Shown: piece by piece, positions 16,718 to 24,690 of the stretch
How positions within the stretch are numbered: the stretch's first letter is position 1
Layout: each line of letters starts with the position of its first letter
Assembly (NCBI GenBank): GCA_964513225.1
Contig: CAZEMD010000002.1
Span: 1-37,268 of the forward strand
Direction: 5' to 3'
From: an uncultured Candidatus Bathyarchaeia archaeon
GTDB taxonomy: Archaea > Thermoproteota > Bathyarchaeia > TCS64
Length of the DNA: 37,268 nucleotides
Program-made: the position numbers and the translations under genes
Notes under the pieces: generated by a model
What the model saw: only the letters and a program-made list of their open reading frames with translations
What the model was told of the DNA's origin: nothing
The model's database searches: none

Positions 16718-17868
16718 CCTCTGCCGTGGTTGGCGGCTACCTTTTCGACGCCTGCAACGATGTTCTCTAGGTCTTGGTCTGTGAGGGCGGGGTGCATCGG
16801 TAGGCTGAATATCCTCTTGGCCGTCTCCTCTGCAACCGGGGTGGGCTCCGGGTTCAGCGTCTCCCGGATTACTGGCTGCTGGGTCAGGGGGGTGGGGTAG
16901 TGGACGGCGCAGTCGATGTTCTCGTGTTGGAGCGCCTCCATGAACTGGTTCCTGGTGCAGCGGAAGGCTTCGGGGTCGAGTGTGAGGCTGAAGTAGCTGT
17001 AGCTGGGCTCCACCTTGGGGGTCACCCTCTGGGGCGTGAGGCCCTCTATGCGGCCGATCTCTCTGCGGAGGTAGTTCCCGCACTCCCTTCTTCTTTTGAG
17101 GAACCCGTCGAACTGCCTAATTTGGTCTAGGCCGATGACTGCGGCTATCTCGGTGAGGCGGTAGTTGAAGCCCATCTGGACGTGGTGGTACCTGGCTTCG
17201 TCGCCGTGTGCCCTCAGCAGCACTCCCTTTCTGTAGAGTGTCTCGTCGTTGGTGGTTACCATGCCTCCCTCGCCGGTGGTCATGGTCTTGGATGGGTAGA
17301 AGCTGTAGCAGCTTAGGTCGTCGTATCCTCCTATGTCTTTTTCGTTGTATCTTGTGCCGTGGGCTTGGGCCGAGTCGTGGATTAGAGAGAGGTTGTGGTC
17401 CTTGCATATGTCTTGGAGGCTTTGGATGTCGGCTGCGTTTCCGAATAGGTGGACGGGTACGATTGCCCGGGTTTTGGTGGTGATCTTTTCTTTCACGTCC
17501 TCGGGGTCGATGATGAAGGTCTCTTGGTCTATGTCGGCGAACACGGGCCTGGCCCTGCTGTAGTGGACCATGCTGGCAGTGGCTATGAAGGTGAAGCTGG
17601 GGACGATGACCTCGTCGCCGGGGCTAAGTGTTGAGAGGTATGCAGTGTGGAGGGCGGCGGTGCCATTGTTGACGGCGTAGGCGTACCTGGCCCCAACTTT
17701 TTTCGCGAAGAGATTCTCGAATTCTTTTACCTTTTGTCCCTGCCGGAGCTGGCCGGTGTCTATTATCTTCTTTATTTCGTCGAGGACTTGGGGTTTTATG
17801 ATGGGTTTGGCTATGCTGATCTTTTGGGGTGAGATCGGTTTACCTCCATCAATTGCTAGTTTTTCCAT
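16714..17868 (-). CDS. DegT/DnrJ/EryC1/StrS family sugar aminotransferase (WbpE-like)
   Basis: 384 aa. Has ...FAKKVGARYAYAVNNGTAALH...VIVPSFTFIATA...DSAQAHG...SFYPSKTMTTGEGG, which are the PLP-Lys region motifs. Confidence 0.9.
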   Translation of the reverse strand: MEKLAIDGGKPISPQKISIAKPIIKPQVLDEIKKIIDTGQLRQGQKVKEFENLFAKKVGARYAYAVNNGTAALHTAYLSTLSPGDEVIVPSFTFIATASMVHYSRARPVFADIDQETFIIDPEDVKEKITTKTRAIVPVHLFGNAADIQSLQDICKDHNLSLIHDSAQAHGTRYNEKDIGGYDDLSCYSFYPSKTMTTGEGGMVTTNDETLYRKGVLLRAHGDEARYHHVQMGFNYRLTEIAAVIGLDQIRQFDGFLKRRRECGNYLRREIGRIEGLTPQRVTPKVEPSYSYFSLTLDPEAFRCTRNQFMEALQHENIDCAVHYPTPLTQQPVIRETLNPEPTPVAEETAKRIFSLPMHPALTDQDLENIVAGVEKVAANHGRG

Positions 17869-17977
17869 TGTGTACTCACACCCGCTGGTCGTATTTTTTG
17901 TTTACTTGGTTTAATACTTTGTTATGAAAGTTAATTCACATGTACCCAGCTTGATAATCTTTCTGGCTGTTTCTTTG

Positions 17978-19333
17978 CTAGTTTCCTATCCCAACTCCCC
18001 TGAAGGTGAACCCGGCTTCCCGAGCCTGTCTCGGGTTGAACACGTTGCGTCCGTCCACTATTATTGGGGTCTTCATCTTTTCTCGCAGCCATTTGAGGTC
18101 TATGTCATAGTACTCCCGGTGCTTCGTGACGACGGCGATGCAGTCCTTTCCCTCTAGTGCCTGGTTTAGGTCGTTGGTCAGGTTGACGTCTTCCTCGTGT
18201 TTCACATAGGGGTCGTGGACGACCACCTCGCTGCATTTCTTCTCCAGCCTCATGTAGAGGGGACGTGCGGGCGTGTTGCGTGTGTCGTCCGAGTTCTCCA
18301 GGAAGGCGTAGCCGAGTATGCTGATGCTTGCGTCCTCTAGCTTCAGTTTGTTCTCTGCCAGGCTTTCCTCTATGAGGCCGAGCATGTGGGTGGGCATCTT
18401 GTCGTTGATGGCGCGGCTGCTCACTATGATGGTGGGTGTCACTTTTTTCCTGCCGTATGTGTCTAAGCCGTGTTTGAGTAGCCATGGGTCCTTGGGTAGG
18501 CAGTGGCCCCCTACGCCTGCGCCTGGGATCATCATCATCCTGTAGGGGTTCTTGTCCGGGTCGCTGGGGTCGTGGGGTAGGCTGTTGACGTATCGGCGTA
18601 CCTCGTGGACGTCTGCCCCCAAGGACTCGCATATGAGGGCTACCTCGTTGGCGAAGGCTATGTTGACGTCGCGGTAGGCGTTCTCCACTACCTTGGCTAT
18701 CTCCGCTGTGAGGCAGTCGGTCTCGTAGACGGGGGCTTTCACTATTTTCCGGTAGAGTTCTGCGGCTCTGCTGGCGCACTCGGGGGTGATGCCGCCCACG
18801 ATTCGTGGCATGTGGGTGAGGTTGTGGAGGAGTCTTCCCACCATGACGCGTTCGTAGCTGAAGGCGAGGTTGAAGTCTGTGCCCGCCTTCATCCCTGAGG
18901 CTTCCTCTAGGATGGGTTTGACCATGTGTTGGGTTGTGCCGGGGGCTACGGTGGACTCTACGCTGATGAGGGCGCCTTTCCTCATCTTTTCCCCGATTTC
19001 CCTGGAGACCTGTTTCATGGAGTCGTACTGGGGGGTGTGTTGGTCGTCGACGGGTGTCTGCACGTCGATGAGGATGACGTCGGCGTCTCTGTAGACAGAG
19101 GTGTCATCTGTGACCTTGAGTGATCCTTTTTTCACGACTTTCTGTATGAGTTCCTCGAGGCCAGGTTCGTCTCCCTCTATGGGGGATTTCCCCTGGTTGA
19201 GGTAGTCGATCTTCCAGCCTGAGCGTTGGGATCTTCGTTGTACGCCGGTGACGTTTATGCCTTCGGCGTCGGCGAAGAGGGCGGCTGAGGGGATGCCAAC
19301 GTATCCCATGCCCACTACTACGAGGTGCATCAT
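17978..19333 (-). CDS. UDP-N-acetyl-hexosamine 6-dehydrogenase (nucleotide-sugar dehydrogenase family, WbpA/WecC-like)
   Basis: True start is probably MMHLVVVGMGYVGIPSAALFA (Rossmann GxGxxG) at 19333. The 482-aa ORF-track version adds an N-terminal extension that overlaps the upstream gene. Catalytic region ...PGAGVGGHCLPKDPW. Confidence 0.9.
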   Translation of the reverse strand: MMHLVVVGMGYVGIPSAALFADAEGINVTGVQRRSQRSGWKIDYLNQGKSPIEGDEPGLEELIQKVVKKGSLKVTDDTSVYRDADVILIDVQTPVDDQHTPQYDSMKQVSREIGEKMRKGALISVESTVAPGTTQHMVKPILEEASGMKAGTDFNLAFSYERVMVGRLLHNLTHMPRIVGGITPECASRAAELYRKIVKAPVYETDCLTAEIAKVVENAYRDVNIAFANEVALICESLGADVHEVRRYVNSLPHDPSDPDKNPYRMMMIPGAGVGGHCLPKDPWLLKHGLDTYGRKKVTPTIIVSSRAINDKMPTHMLGLIEESLAENKLKLEDASISILGYAFLENSDDTRNTPARPLYMRLEKKCSEVVVHDPYVKHEEDVNLTNDLNQALEGKDCIAVVTKHREYYDIDLKWLREKMKTPIIVDGRNVFNPRQAREAGFTFRGVGIGN

Positions 19334-19344
19334 TTCTTGTCTCC

Positions 19345-20310
19345 TTAGAGGTAGGTGACTTTGCTTGTGTCTAGGTTGTTTAACACTATTTTCCCTACCT
19401 TGGCTGATTCTATGGCTGCCTCGCATACTTTCAAGGCTTTCAGCCCGTCTTCCCCCGTTACCTCGGGGGGTGTGTCGGTGCGTATCGATTTTATGAAGCT
19501 CTCCAGTTCCAGTTTGAGGGGTTCGGCGTTCTGGATCATGGGCTGGGTTATTTGTCTGTCGTTCTCTATGGTGAAGGTTTGGGTGATGTACTCTACGTTT
19601 ACGATGCCTTCGGTGCCGGTTATGGTGAGGGTTCTCACCTTTTTGGGTGTGAGCCAGTTGGTTTCTATGAAGGCGGCTCGTTTACCGGGGAAGGTCATGA
19701 CTATGTTGGCGTAGTCCTCGAAGCCGTGCTGGATGCTTCCGGCGTTGCTGAAGACGGTTGCGGCCTCGTCTTTGAATAGCTTGTTGGCTATGTCTATGTC
19801 GTGGACGGCTAGGTCTTTGATGACGCCTACGTCGCCGATGCGGACGGGCCAGCGGCTGACTCTGCGGGTGTGGGCCAGGATGACTCGGCCTATGGTTCCC
19901 TGGTCGACGGTCTTCATGGCTTCTCTTACTGCGGGGTTGAAGCGTTCGACGAAGCCCACGGTGAGGTGGACGCCGTGCTTCTTGGCGGCTTTGATGAGGG
20001 CCTTTGCCTCGCCCAGGTTGTTGGTCATGGGTTTCTCGACGAGGACGTGTTTGCCTGCCTCGATGGCTCTGAGGGCGAGGGTGGCGTGGGTGACTGTGGG
20101 TGTGCATATGGTCACGGCGTCGATGTCTGGGTCGTCGAAGGTTCTCTGTGGGTCTGTGCTGTTGTGGACGTGGTATTTGTTTGCGAGGGTTGACACGGTT
20201 TTCTTGTCGATGTCCACGACGGATTTGAGTTTGGTGTGGGGTAGCTCGGAGAATACCCGGGCGTGGTTTCTCCCCCAGACGCCGCAGCCTATCACAGAGA
20301 CGGTGACCAT
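19345..20310 (-). CDS. Gfo/Idh/MocA family oxidoreductase (WbpB-like)
   Basis: MVTVSVIGCGVWGRNHARVF...ICTPTVTHATLALRAIEAGKHVLVEKP is the canonical family N-terminus. Confidence 0.85.
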   Translation of the reverse strand: MVTVSVIGCGVWGRNHARVFSELPHTKLKSVVDIDKKTVSTLANKYHVHNSTDPQRTFDDPDIDAVTICTPTVTHATLALRAIEAGKHVLVEKPMTNNLGEAKALIKAAKKHGVHLTVGFVERFNPAVREAMKTVDQGTIGRVILAHTRRVSRWPVRIGDVGVIKDLAVHDIDIANKLFKDEAATVFSNAGSIQHGFEDYANIVMTFPGKRAAFIETNWLTPKKVRTLTITGTEGIVNVEYITQTFTIENDRQITQPMIQNAEPLKLELESFIKSIRTDTPPEVTGEDGLKALKVCEAAIESAKVGKIVLNNLDTSKVTYL

Positions 20311-20505
20311 TTCTAGGTTAGTTGTGTATACTCGTTAATATTAACGATTATGGGGGTAAGTGAGGTACATATGTTGCTGTGGTATATAGGCTTCAGGGAG
20401 ACAGCCTTCAAGGAAGTTTTTCGGTACGGGGCTATACAGCCTGTTAATAATGCTGATGTTTCGGTTCGTGCTAGATTGTCAGGGGTACCGGGGCAGAGGG
20501 AGGGT

Positions 20506-20976
20506 TTAGCTTTGTGGGGCTGGTTCCTGTTTTAGTTTCTCTATCTGTTTTACCAGGTGTTTATGATTGTCTCTGGTTTTGTTTATGAGTGCCGCGCCCA
20601 TCCGGGCCGCCAGCTCGGTGGCCCTCAGCCGGCGCATCGTGGGCTCCGTCTTGTCGTTGGCGATGGTTTGTGCCTCGTTGAGTGGCTTGATGAGGGTGAT
20701 GTAGGCTCTCACCCGGTCTGGGGTTGGGTGGATGGGTATGGGGGCGAGGTTTATGGTGGTGTCCATGTCGTCGGTGCGTCGTCTCAGCTTGGGTGCGAGG
20801 TGTAGCCGCCTAGCCGTTAGGGTGAAGAGGCGGATGTCACTGATGAGGTTTTTCTCGCTGCGTCTCAGGCGTCCCAGGGTGGTGTGGAGGAGGGGGGAGT
20901 CTGTTCGTTTGAGGGTGCCGCTGAGCCAGTTGTGGAGGGCTTCGCGTTCGGCTTCGGTGAAGATGTAGGTCCTCAT
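20506..20976 (-). CDS. hypothetical protein (156 aa)
   Basis: ORF overlaps the upstream gene by 4 nt (ATGA). No family recognised. Confidence 0.45.
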   Translation of the reverse strand: MRTYIFTEAEREALHNWLSGTLKRTDSPLLHTTLGRLRRSEKNLISDIRLFTLTARRLHLAPKLRRRTDDMDTTINLAPIPIHPTPDRVRAYITLIKPLNEAQTIANDKTEPTMRRLRATELAARMGAALINKTRDNHKHLVKQIEKLKQEPAPQS

Positions 20977-21401
20977 CTCTGGTACAGTGGCTGTATCTTG
21001 TTGGTTTCGTTTTCCGGGTTTCCTGGTTTGTGGCGCTTGTTTGATTTATTCTTTGATCTGTTTGGGGGTGGGGTGTCTTCCTCTTCAACGGTGTATCCGA
21101 GGCTTGGTTTCTCTTCCTCCTCCATCATCTTGTTCAGGTTCTCTATTTCTTTCTCTATGGTCTCTACCTCTATGTCGACTATCATGGTGTAGGAGGTGCT
21201 TATGAGGCGTGCTAGGGAGTTGGCTGCCTGTATTCTGATCTTCTCGTGGGTTTTCTCGGAGTTGATGATGGCCTCGAGGGTCTGTATGGCTTTGTCCAGC
21301 CTCTTGATGTACTCGTTTCGTTTCTTCTTGGGTTTTATGACGACTCTTCTGGGGGTTAGGTGGATCTCCAGGCCTTGGCCCTTCTCCTTTACTCTGGTCA
21401 A
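20973..21401 (-). CDS. hypothetical basic/coiled-coil protein (142 aa)
   Basis: ORF has a K/E-rich helical core (...IVDIEVETIEKEIENLNKMMEEEEK...) and a basic tail. No family recognised. Confidence 0.45.
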   Translation of the reverse strand: MTRVKEKGQGLEIHLTPRRVVIKPKKKRNEYIKRLDKAIQTLEAIINSEKTHEKIRIQAANSLARLISTSYTMIVDIEVETIEKEIENLNKMMEEEEKPSLGYTVEEEDTPPPNRSKNKSNKRHKPGNPENETNKIQPLYQR

Positions 21402-21542
21402 GCTTCAGCTTCCCGTGTATCTTGGTTTACCCTTTTTTTCTGGGTGGATAAGTGTATCGGGGGTTGTTGTGGTGGCCGCCATGGGTGATCCGGTGCGAGG
21501 GCTCGGGGTAGGTTCTTTTACTCTGCACCCTGTTGTTTTTCT

Positions 21543-21592
21543 ATGCGTGTGGCTATGGTGGCTGGGACTCGGCCCCAGTTCATCAAGTCTGG
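21543..21592 (+). pseudogene. wecB: decayed fragment of UDP-GlcNAc 2-epimerase 5' end (copy 0)
   Basis: ATGCGTGTGGCTATGGTGGCTGGGACTCGGCCCCAGTTCATCAAGTCTG encodes MRVAMVAGTRPQFIKS. Homology to copies 1-4 ends after about 50 nt. Confidence 0.7.
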
Positions 21593-21615
21593 TTCTGCAA
21601 CTCGAGAGAAGTACC

Positions 21616-22413
21616 CTACTTGATACGCTTTAAAAAGGAATTAACCTGAGAGGTGACTATGGCGCGTCTGAATCTACCCTCAGAGAAACTCTCGACTTGG
21701 AAGGGGCCGACCCGATTCTCGTTTCTAAACTTCTCTCTGACAACTGATAGGGAGTGATCGAGTAGCGATCTCATGTCAGGTGAAAGAGTTCTGCGGGACA
21801 CGGCCGCGTTGAAGTAATCTGTCGCCCTCTCCAGGCTTCCGTTGTAATGCGTCAGCGCGAATATGTCGTATGCATCCTTTTGCTTCATCCTCTCATCCAT
21901 GGCCTGGCCCTTCAGGGCGATGGACCCGACCAGGTCAACTATCTTGAAAGCTGTTTTTGCTTTCCCATCTCCGGGGAGCTGTGCCTCTATCCGTTGGTCG
22001 AAGTTGAACTCGAAGGCGATGTTCAGACCCTCGAACATGAATGCTTGGAGGTCGTCCTGCACCTTCTTTAGGTCGAGGAATCTCTCTCCCTCCTTGTCGC
22101 ACAGGAAGTCCAGGTGTATAGGGTAATCCTTCCCGTCGATGGGGGACGCCACATCCCTGACGAAGCGGAACTGGCTCTCAGGCTCGTACCCGAGTCCTAT
22201 GATGGTCTTCCTGATGGTCTCGTATCTTGGCAGAATCTTCGGTCTGAGAACGAGGTCGATGTCTGTGCTTCCGCAGTGCTCGAAGTAGCCCCTAGTTATG
22301 AAGTATGGCGCCCATCCGCCTGACAAGACCATGTCTTCATGGTATCTCTTGAGGGCGACTCCGAGCTCCAGGAGGGCGGATTTAGATGCTTCAGTTATCT
22401 CGGTGGCGTACAT
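21616..22413 (-). CDS. nucleotidyltransferase, AbiEii-like toxin candidate
   Basis: ...DMVLSGGWAPYFITRGYFEHCGSTDIDLVL... has the G[GS]...DxD minimal NTase motif. Lies immediately downstream of the AbiEi-like gene with a 3-nt gap. Confidence 0.65.
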   Translation of the reverse strand: MYATEITEASKSALLELGVALKRYHEDMVLSGGWAPYFITRGYFEHCGSTDIDLVLRPKILPRYETIRKTIIGLGYEPESQFRFVRDVASPIDGKDYPIHLDFLCDKEGERFLDLKKVQDDLQAFMFEGLNIAFEFNFDQRIEAQLPGDGKAKTAFKIVDLVGSIALKGQAMDERMKQKDAYDIFALTHYNGSLERATDYFNAAVSRRTLSPDMRSLLDHSLSVVREKFRNENRVGPFQVESFSEGRFRRAIVTSQVNSFLKRIK

Positions 22414-22416
22414 GTG

Positions 22417-23076
22417 TCACGCCTCCGATCTCCATCTTTTCTCAATCACTTTCAGTAGCTCCCCCGCCGCCTCCTCTCCTCGACCAGGGTAGTTCAGCAG
22501 ATCGACGTAGAGCTGTACGTCGGATACGACGTTTACGCCGTCAGCCTCCTGTGAGCCGTAGAACACGCCTCCGCTGGATGCGATTACGAATTTGACGTTT
22601 CCGTTCTCCTCCATGGGCATCAAGCCGAGTTGCTTTGCCCACTTGCCTGCATCGTCCTCGCTCATCACGTAGATGTGCACATTCGTAGGCCGTACGAATG
22701 GTGCCACAAGCAGGGCCCCGGCGAGGCCCGTCGCAGCGTATTTCGGTCCGCTAACGCCTCTGAGCTTGGTGAGGAGTGTGGTCACGTCTTCGTAGCCCGT
22801 ATAGTAATCAGTGAAGCGGTTGTCCGCTGTGAAGTTGTTATTATTAGCCCATCCTTTTAGGAGCGCGAGTGGCTCCATGAGCTTGATCTCTTGGCGTTCG
22901 GATTCTCTGATGGCGTACCTCTCCTGAATGAGAGCCATACAGACCTCGTGTGTCCAGCCCAGTGCGGCGCCGGACTCCCTGCTAAGCCCACGGATGGTCC
23001 AGGTCATCGGATGGTTTACAAGTAGGACACGGATTACGTCAGCCGCCTTTCCGCTGAAGAGGTTTAATCTGCCCAC
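22417..23076 (-). CDS. AbiEi-like antitoxin / wHTH regulator
   Basis: GTG start. The N-terminal wHTH-like ...ADVIRVLLVNHPMTWTIRGLSRESGAALGWTHEVCMALIQERYA, with C-terminal ...VVSDVQLYVDLLNYPGRGEEAAGELL, is typical of AbiEi C-terminal domains. Confidence 0.65.
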   Translation of the reverse strand: MGRLNLFSGKAADVIRVLLVNHPMTWTIRGLSRESGAALGWTHEVCMALIQERYAIRESERQEIKLMEPLALLKGWANNNNFTADNRFTDYYTGYEDVTTLLTKLRGVSGPKYAATGLAGALLVAPFVRPTNVHIYVMSEDDAGKWAKQLGLMPMEENGNVKFVIASSGGVFYGSQEADGVNVVSDVQLYVDLLNYPGRGEEAAGELLKVIEKRWRSEA

Positions 23077-23089
23077 CCATGATTCAGGT

Positions 23090-23146
23090 GTTCGGTCATA
23101 TTTATATATGTTCGGTTTTACCGAACGTATATATAGTACACCGAAC
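23090..23146. promoter_or_regulatory. 57-bp symmetric operator-like array: GTTCGGT-N13-GTTCGGT-TTT-ACCGAAC-N13-ACCGAAC
   Basis: Four 7-mers at 23090-96, 23110-16, 23120-26 and 23140-46. Both 13-nt spacers are TATA-like (CATATTTATATAT and GTATATATAGTAC). The array starts 14 nt upstream of the AbiEi-like GTG. Confidence 0.6.
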
Positions 23147-23414
23147 GTTAAAGGGGGCGCTCTTCATCCTATGGGGGTCTTACTTTCTACTGTATTACTT
23201 GACATTAACGCAGGTACATGTAAGTTCTAACGGGATAAATCATTTATGGACATGTAAATCTCTCAGTTCATATGATGACGAGGTTTCACGGGATGGTTTC
23301 TTAAGCATTAAGTTGGTTCCGATCGTTAAGGGGTAGGCTGGTGGGGCTTTGGGTTTAGCTGGTATCACCGGATTCAAGCTGTTTCGTTCAGGATGTGTGC
23401 CTAGCAACTGCCTT

Positions 23415-23810
23415 TCATCGGGTCGAGTTCGCGCGGTTCTTTCCGAGGGTTTCTCGGATGAAGCTGAGTATTGCCCTGGCTGCTTGGGTCGAGTCGTCCG
23501 GAATGTGGCTTTCCTTAACGTGGTCGTCTGATCCCGCGTGATAGTGCTTCGGGTAGGTTTTCACGTGGCTGTGTTTTGGGTGGGGGGCGTTGTCGTGCCT
23601 GTGTATCTCTCCTGTGACGTGTGTGCGCTCCCAGTGGTATGAATACTTGCCTGACGCTGAGAGCCAGACGTCCAAGTAGCTTCCGTCGACGATGTAGACC
23701 CTGAGCTTTGTGGGTGCGCCTGATGAGGTGCGGTGCGTCTGGGCGTCTTCAACTATGTCGGGGTACTCGTCGAGGATTGTGTCGGAGATGCTCTTGTAGA
23801 GGTCCTCCAA
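23415..23810 (-). CDS. DUF6516-like His-rich protein (family annotated in databases as putative TA toxin)
   Basis: TTG start. ...YSYHWERTHVTGEIHRHDNAPHPKHSHVKTYPKHYHAGSDDHVKES... matches my recollection of the ...RYDNAPHH...FPHHKH... core. Confidence 0.5.
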   Translation of the reverse strand: MEDLYKSISDTILDEYPDIVEDAQTHRTSSGAPTKLRVYIVDGSYLDVWLSASGKYSYHWERTHVTGEIHRHDNAPHPKHSHVKTYPKHYHAGSDDHVKESHIPDDSTQAARAILSFIRETLGKNRANSTR

Positions 23811-23823
23811 CGCCGTTTTCCGC

Positions 23824-24117
23824 CTAGGTGGGTATGTTGGCCAGTTCTTTCCGGATCTTCTCGGCGTGTTTTACGAGGTTCTCGTATTGTATGAGGTCCT
23901 CCCATGCGGGGTGCTCGTCTACCGCTCCTTTCTTTATTTGGTCCTCCAGCTCGCGTGGGCTTTTGACGCCGTACTTGGTTTCGAGATCGTGGATTTCTGC
24001 CTTGGCTGCCCTGAGTCTGGCTCTGAGGTACTCTTTGACGCCGCCTGTGACAAGTACCTCCGGTGGTACGCCCAGGGACTTGGAGACTCTGTCGATGAGC
24101 TGGTTGGTCTCGGTCAT
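23824..24117 (-). CDS. small helical partner protein (putative antitoxin)
   Basis: 97-aa ORF 13 nt upstream of the DUF6516-like gene. Charged helical sequence ...KYGVKSPRELEDQIKKGAVDEHPAWEDLIQYENL... Confidence 0.45.
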   Translation of the reverse strand: MTETNQLIDRVSKSLGVPPEVLVTGGVKEYLRARLRAAKAEIHDLETKYGVKSPRELEDQIKKGAVDEHPAWEDLIQYENLVKHAEKIRKELANIPT

Positions 24118-24240
24118 GTGTGTCGTTTATTTGTTCTCTTGGTGGCTTTATAACTTAACGGAGGCCGTGTTTTGTCGTGTTTGGATGCTGGGTTGGGGGC
24201 TGGTGTTAACTCTTTTACTCTACACCTCTAATTGTTCTGT

Positions 24241-24400
24241 ATGCGTGTGGCTCCGGTTGTTGGGACTCGGCCTCAGATAATCAAGTCTGCTCCCCTCATT
24301 AAGGAGGCTGGTAGGCGTGGTTTGGAGCTGGACGTGGTGCATACAGGACAGCACTACGATTATGAGCTGTCTAGGGTGTTCTTCAGTGAGCTTTGGCTGC
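24241..24400 (+). pseudogene. wecB: truncated UDP-GlcNAc 2-epimerase 5' fragment (copy 1)
   Basis: MRVAPVVGTRPQIIKSAPLIKEAGRRGLELDVVHTGQHYDYELSRVFFSEL... The reading frame then runs into unrelated DNA. Confidence 0.85.
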
Positions 24401-24409
24401 CTGAGCGGG

Positions 24410-24610
24410 CTATGGGCGCTGACCATCATCGTGGTCGTCGAGTATCGGCACTGAGCCGGCCTTCCTGACCTTTTCGTGGAGCTTTCTGTCGGCGGTTATG
24501 AGGCTTGAGGACGCGGCCTCGCCGACCTTCACGCAGGATCTCATGGCCTCGCCCTTGAGGCTCTTGTAGGCGTCGTCATCGGCGTCCTTTATGACGATGG
24601 TTGTGCTCAT
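24410..24610 (-). pseudogene. vapB-vapC deletion fusion remnant
   Basis: MSTTIVIKDADDDAYKSLKGEA... (VapB-like N-terminus) runs directly into ...SSSLITADRKLHEKVRKAGSVPIL (PIN C-terminal strand/helix). The whole PIN core is missing. Confidence 0.5.
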
Positions 24611-24690
24611 GTTCTCAAATGAGAAGGTGATTGGTGTGGAGGTAAATATTACGTTCAAAGGTTTTTAATTTTAGTCGCGCACGCTATTGA

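Larger units (their letters stand above)
21593..24240. mobile_element. cassette A between wecB fragments 0 and 1 (AbiE-like pair plus DUF6516 pair)
   Basis: Bounded by direct repeats of the wecB start region. All cargo lies on the minus strand. Confidence 0.4.

Noticed and set aside
19334-19426. N-terminal extension of the dehydrogenase ORF (MRGSHRISQGRENS...)
   Set aside because: It overlaps the 3' end of the upstream gene. The Rossmann motif begins right after the MM at 19333.
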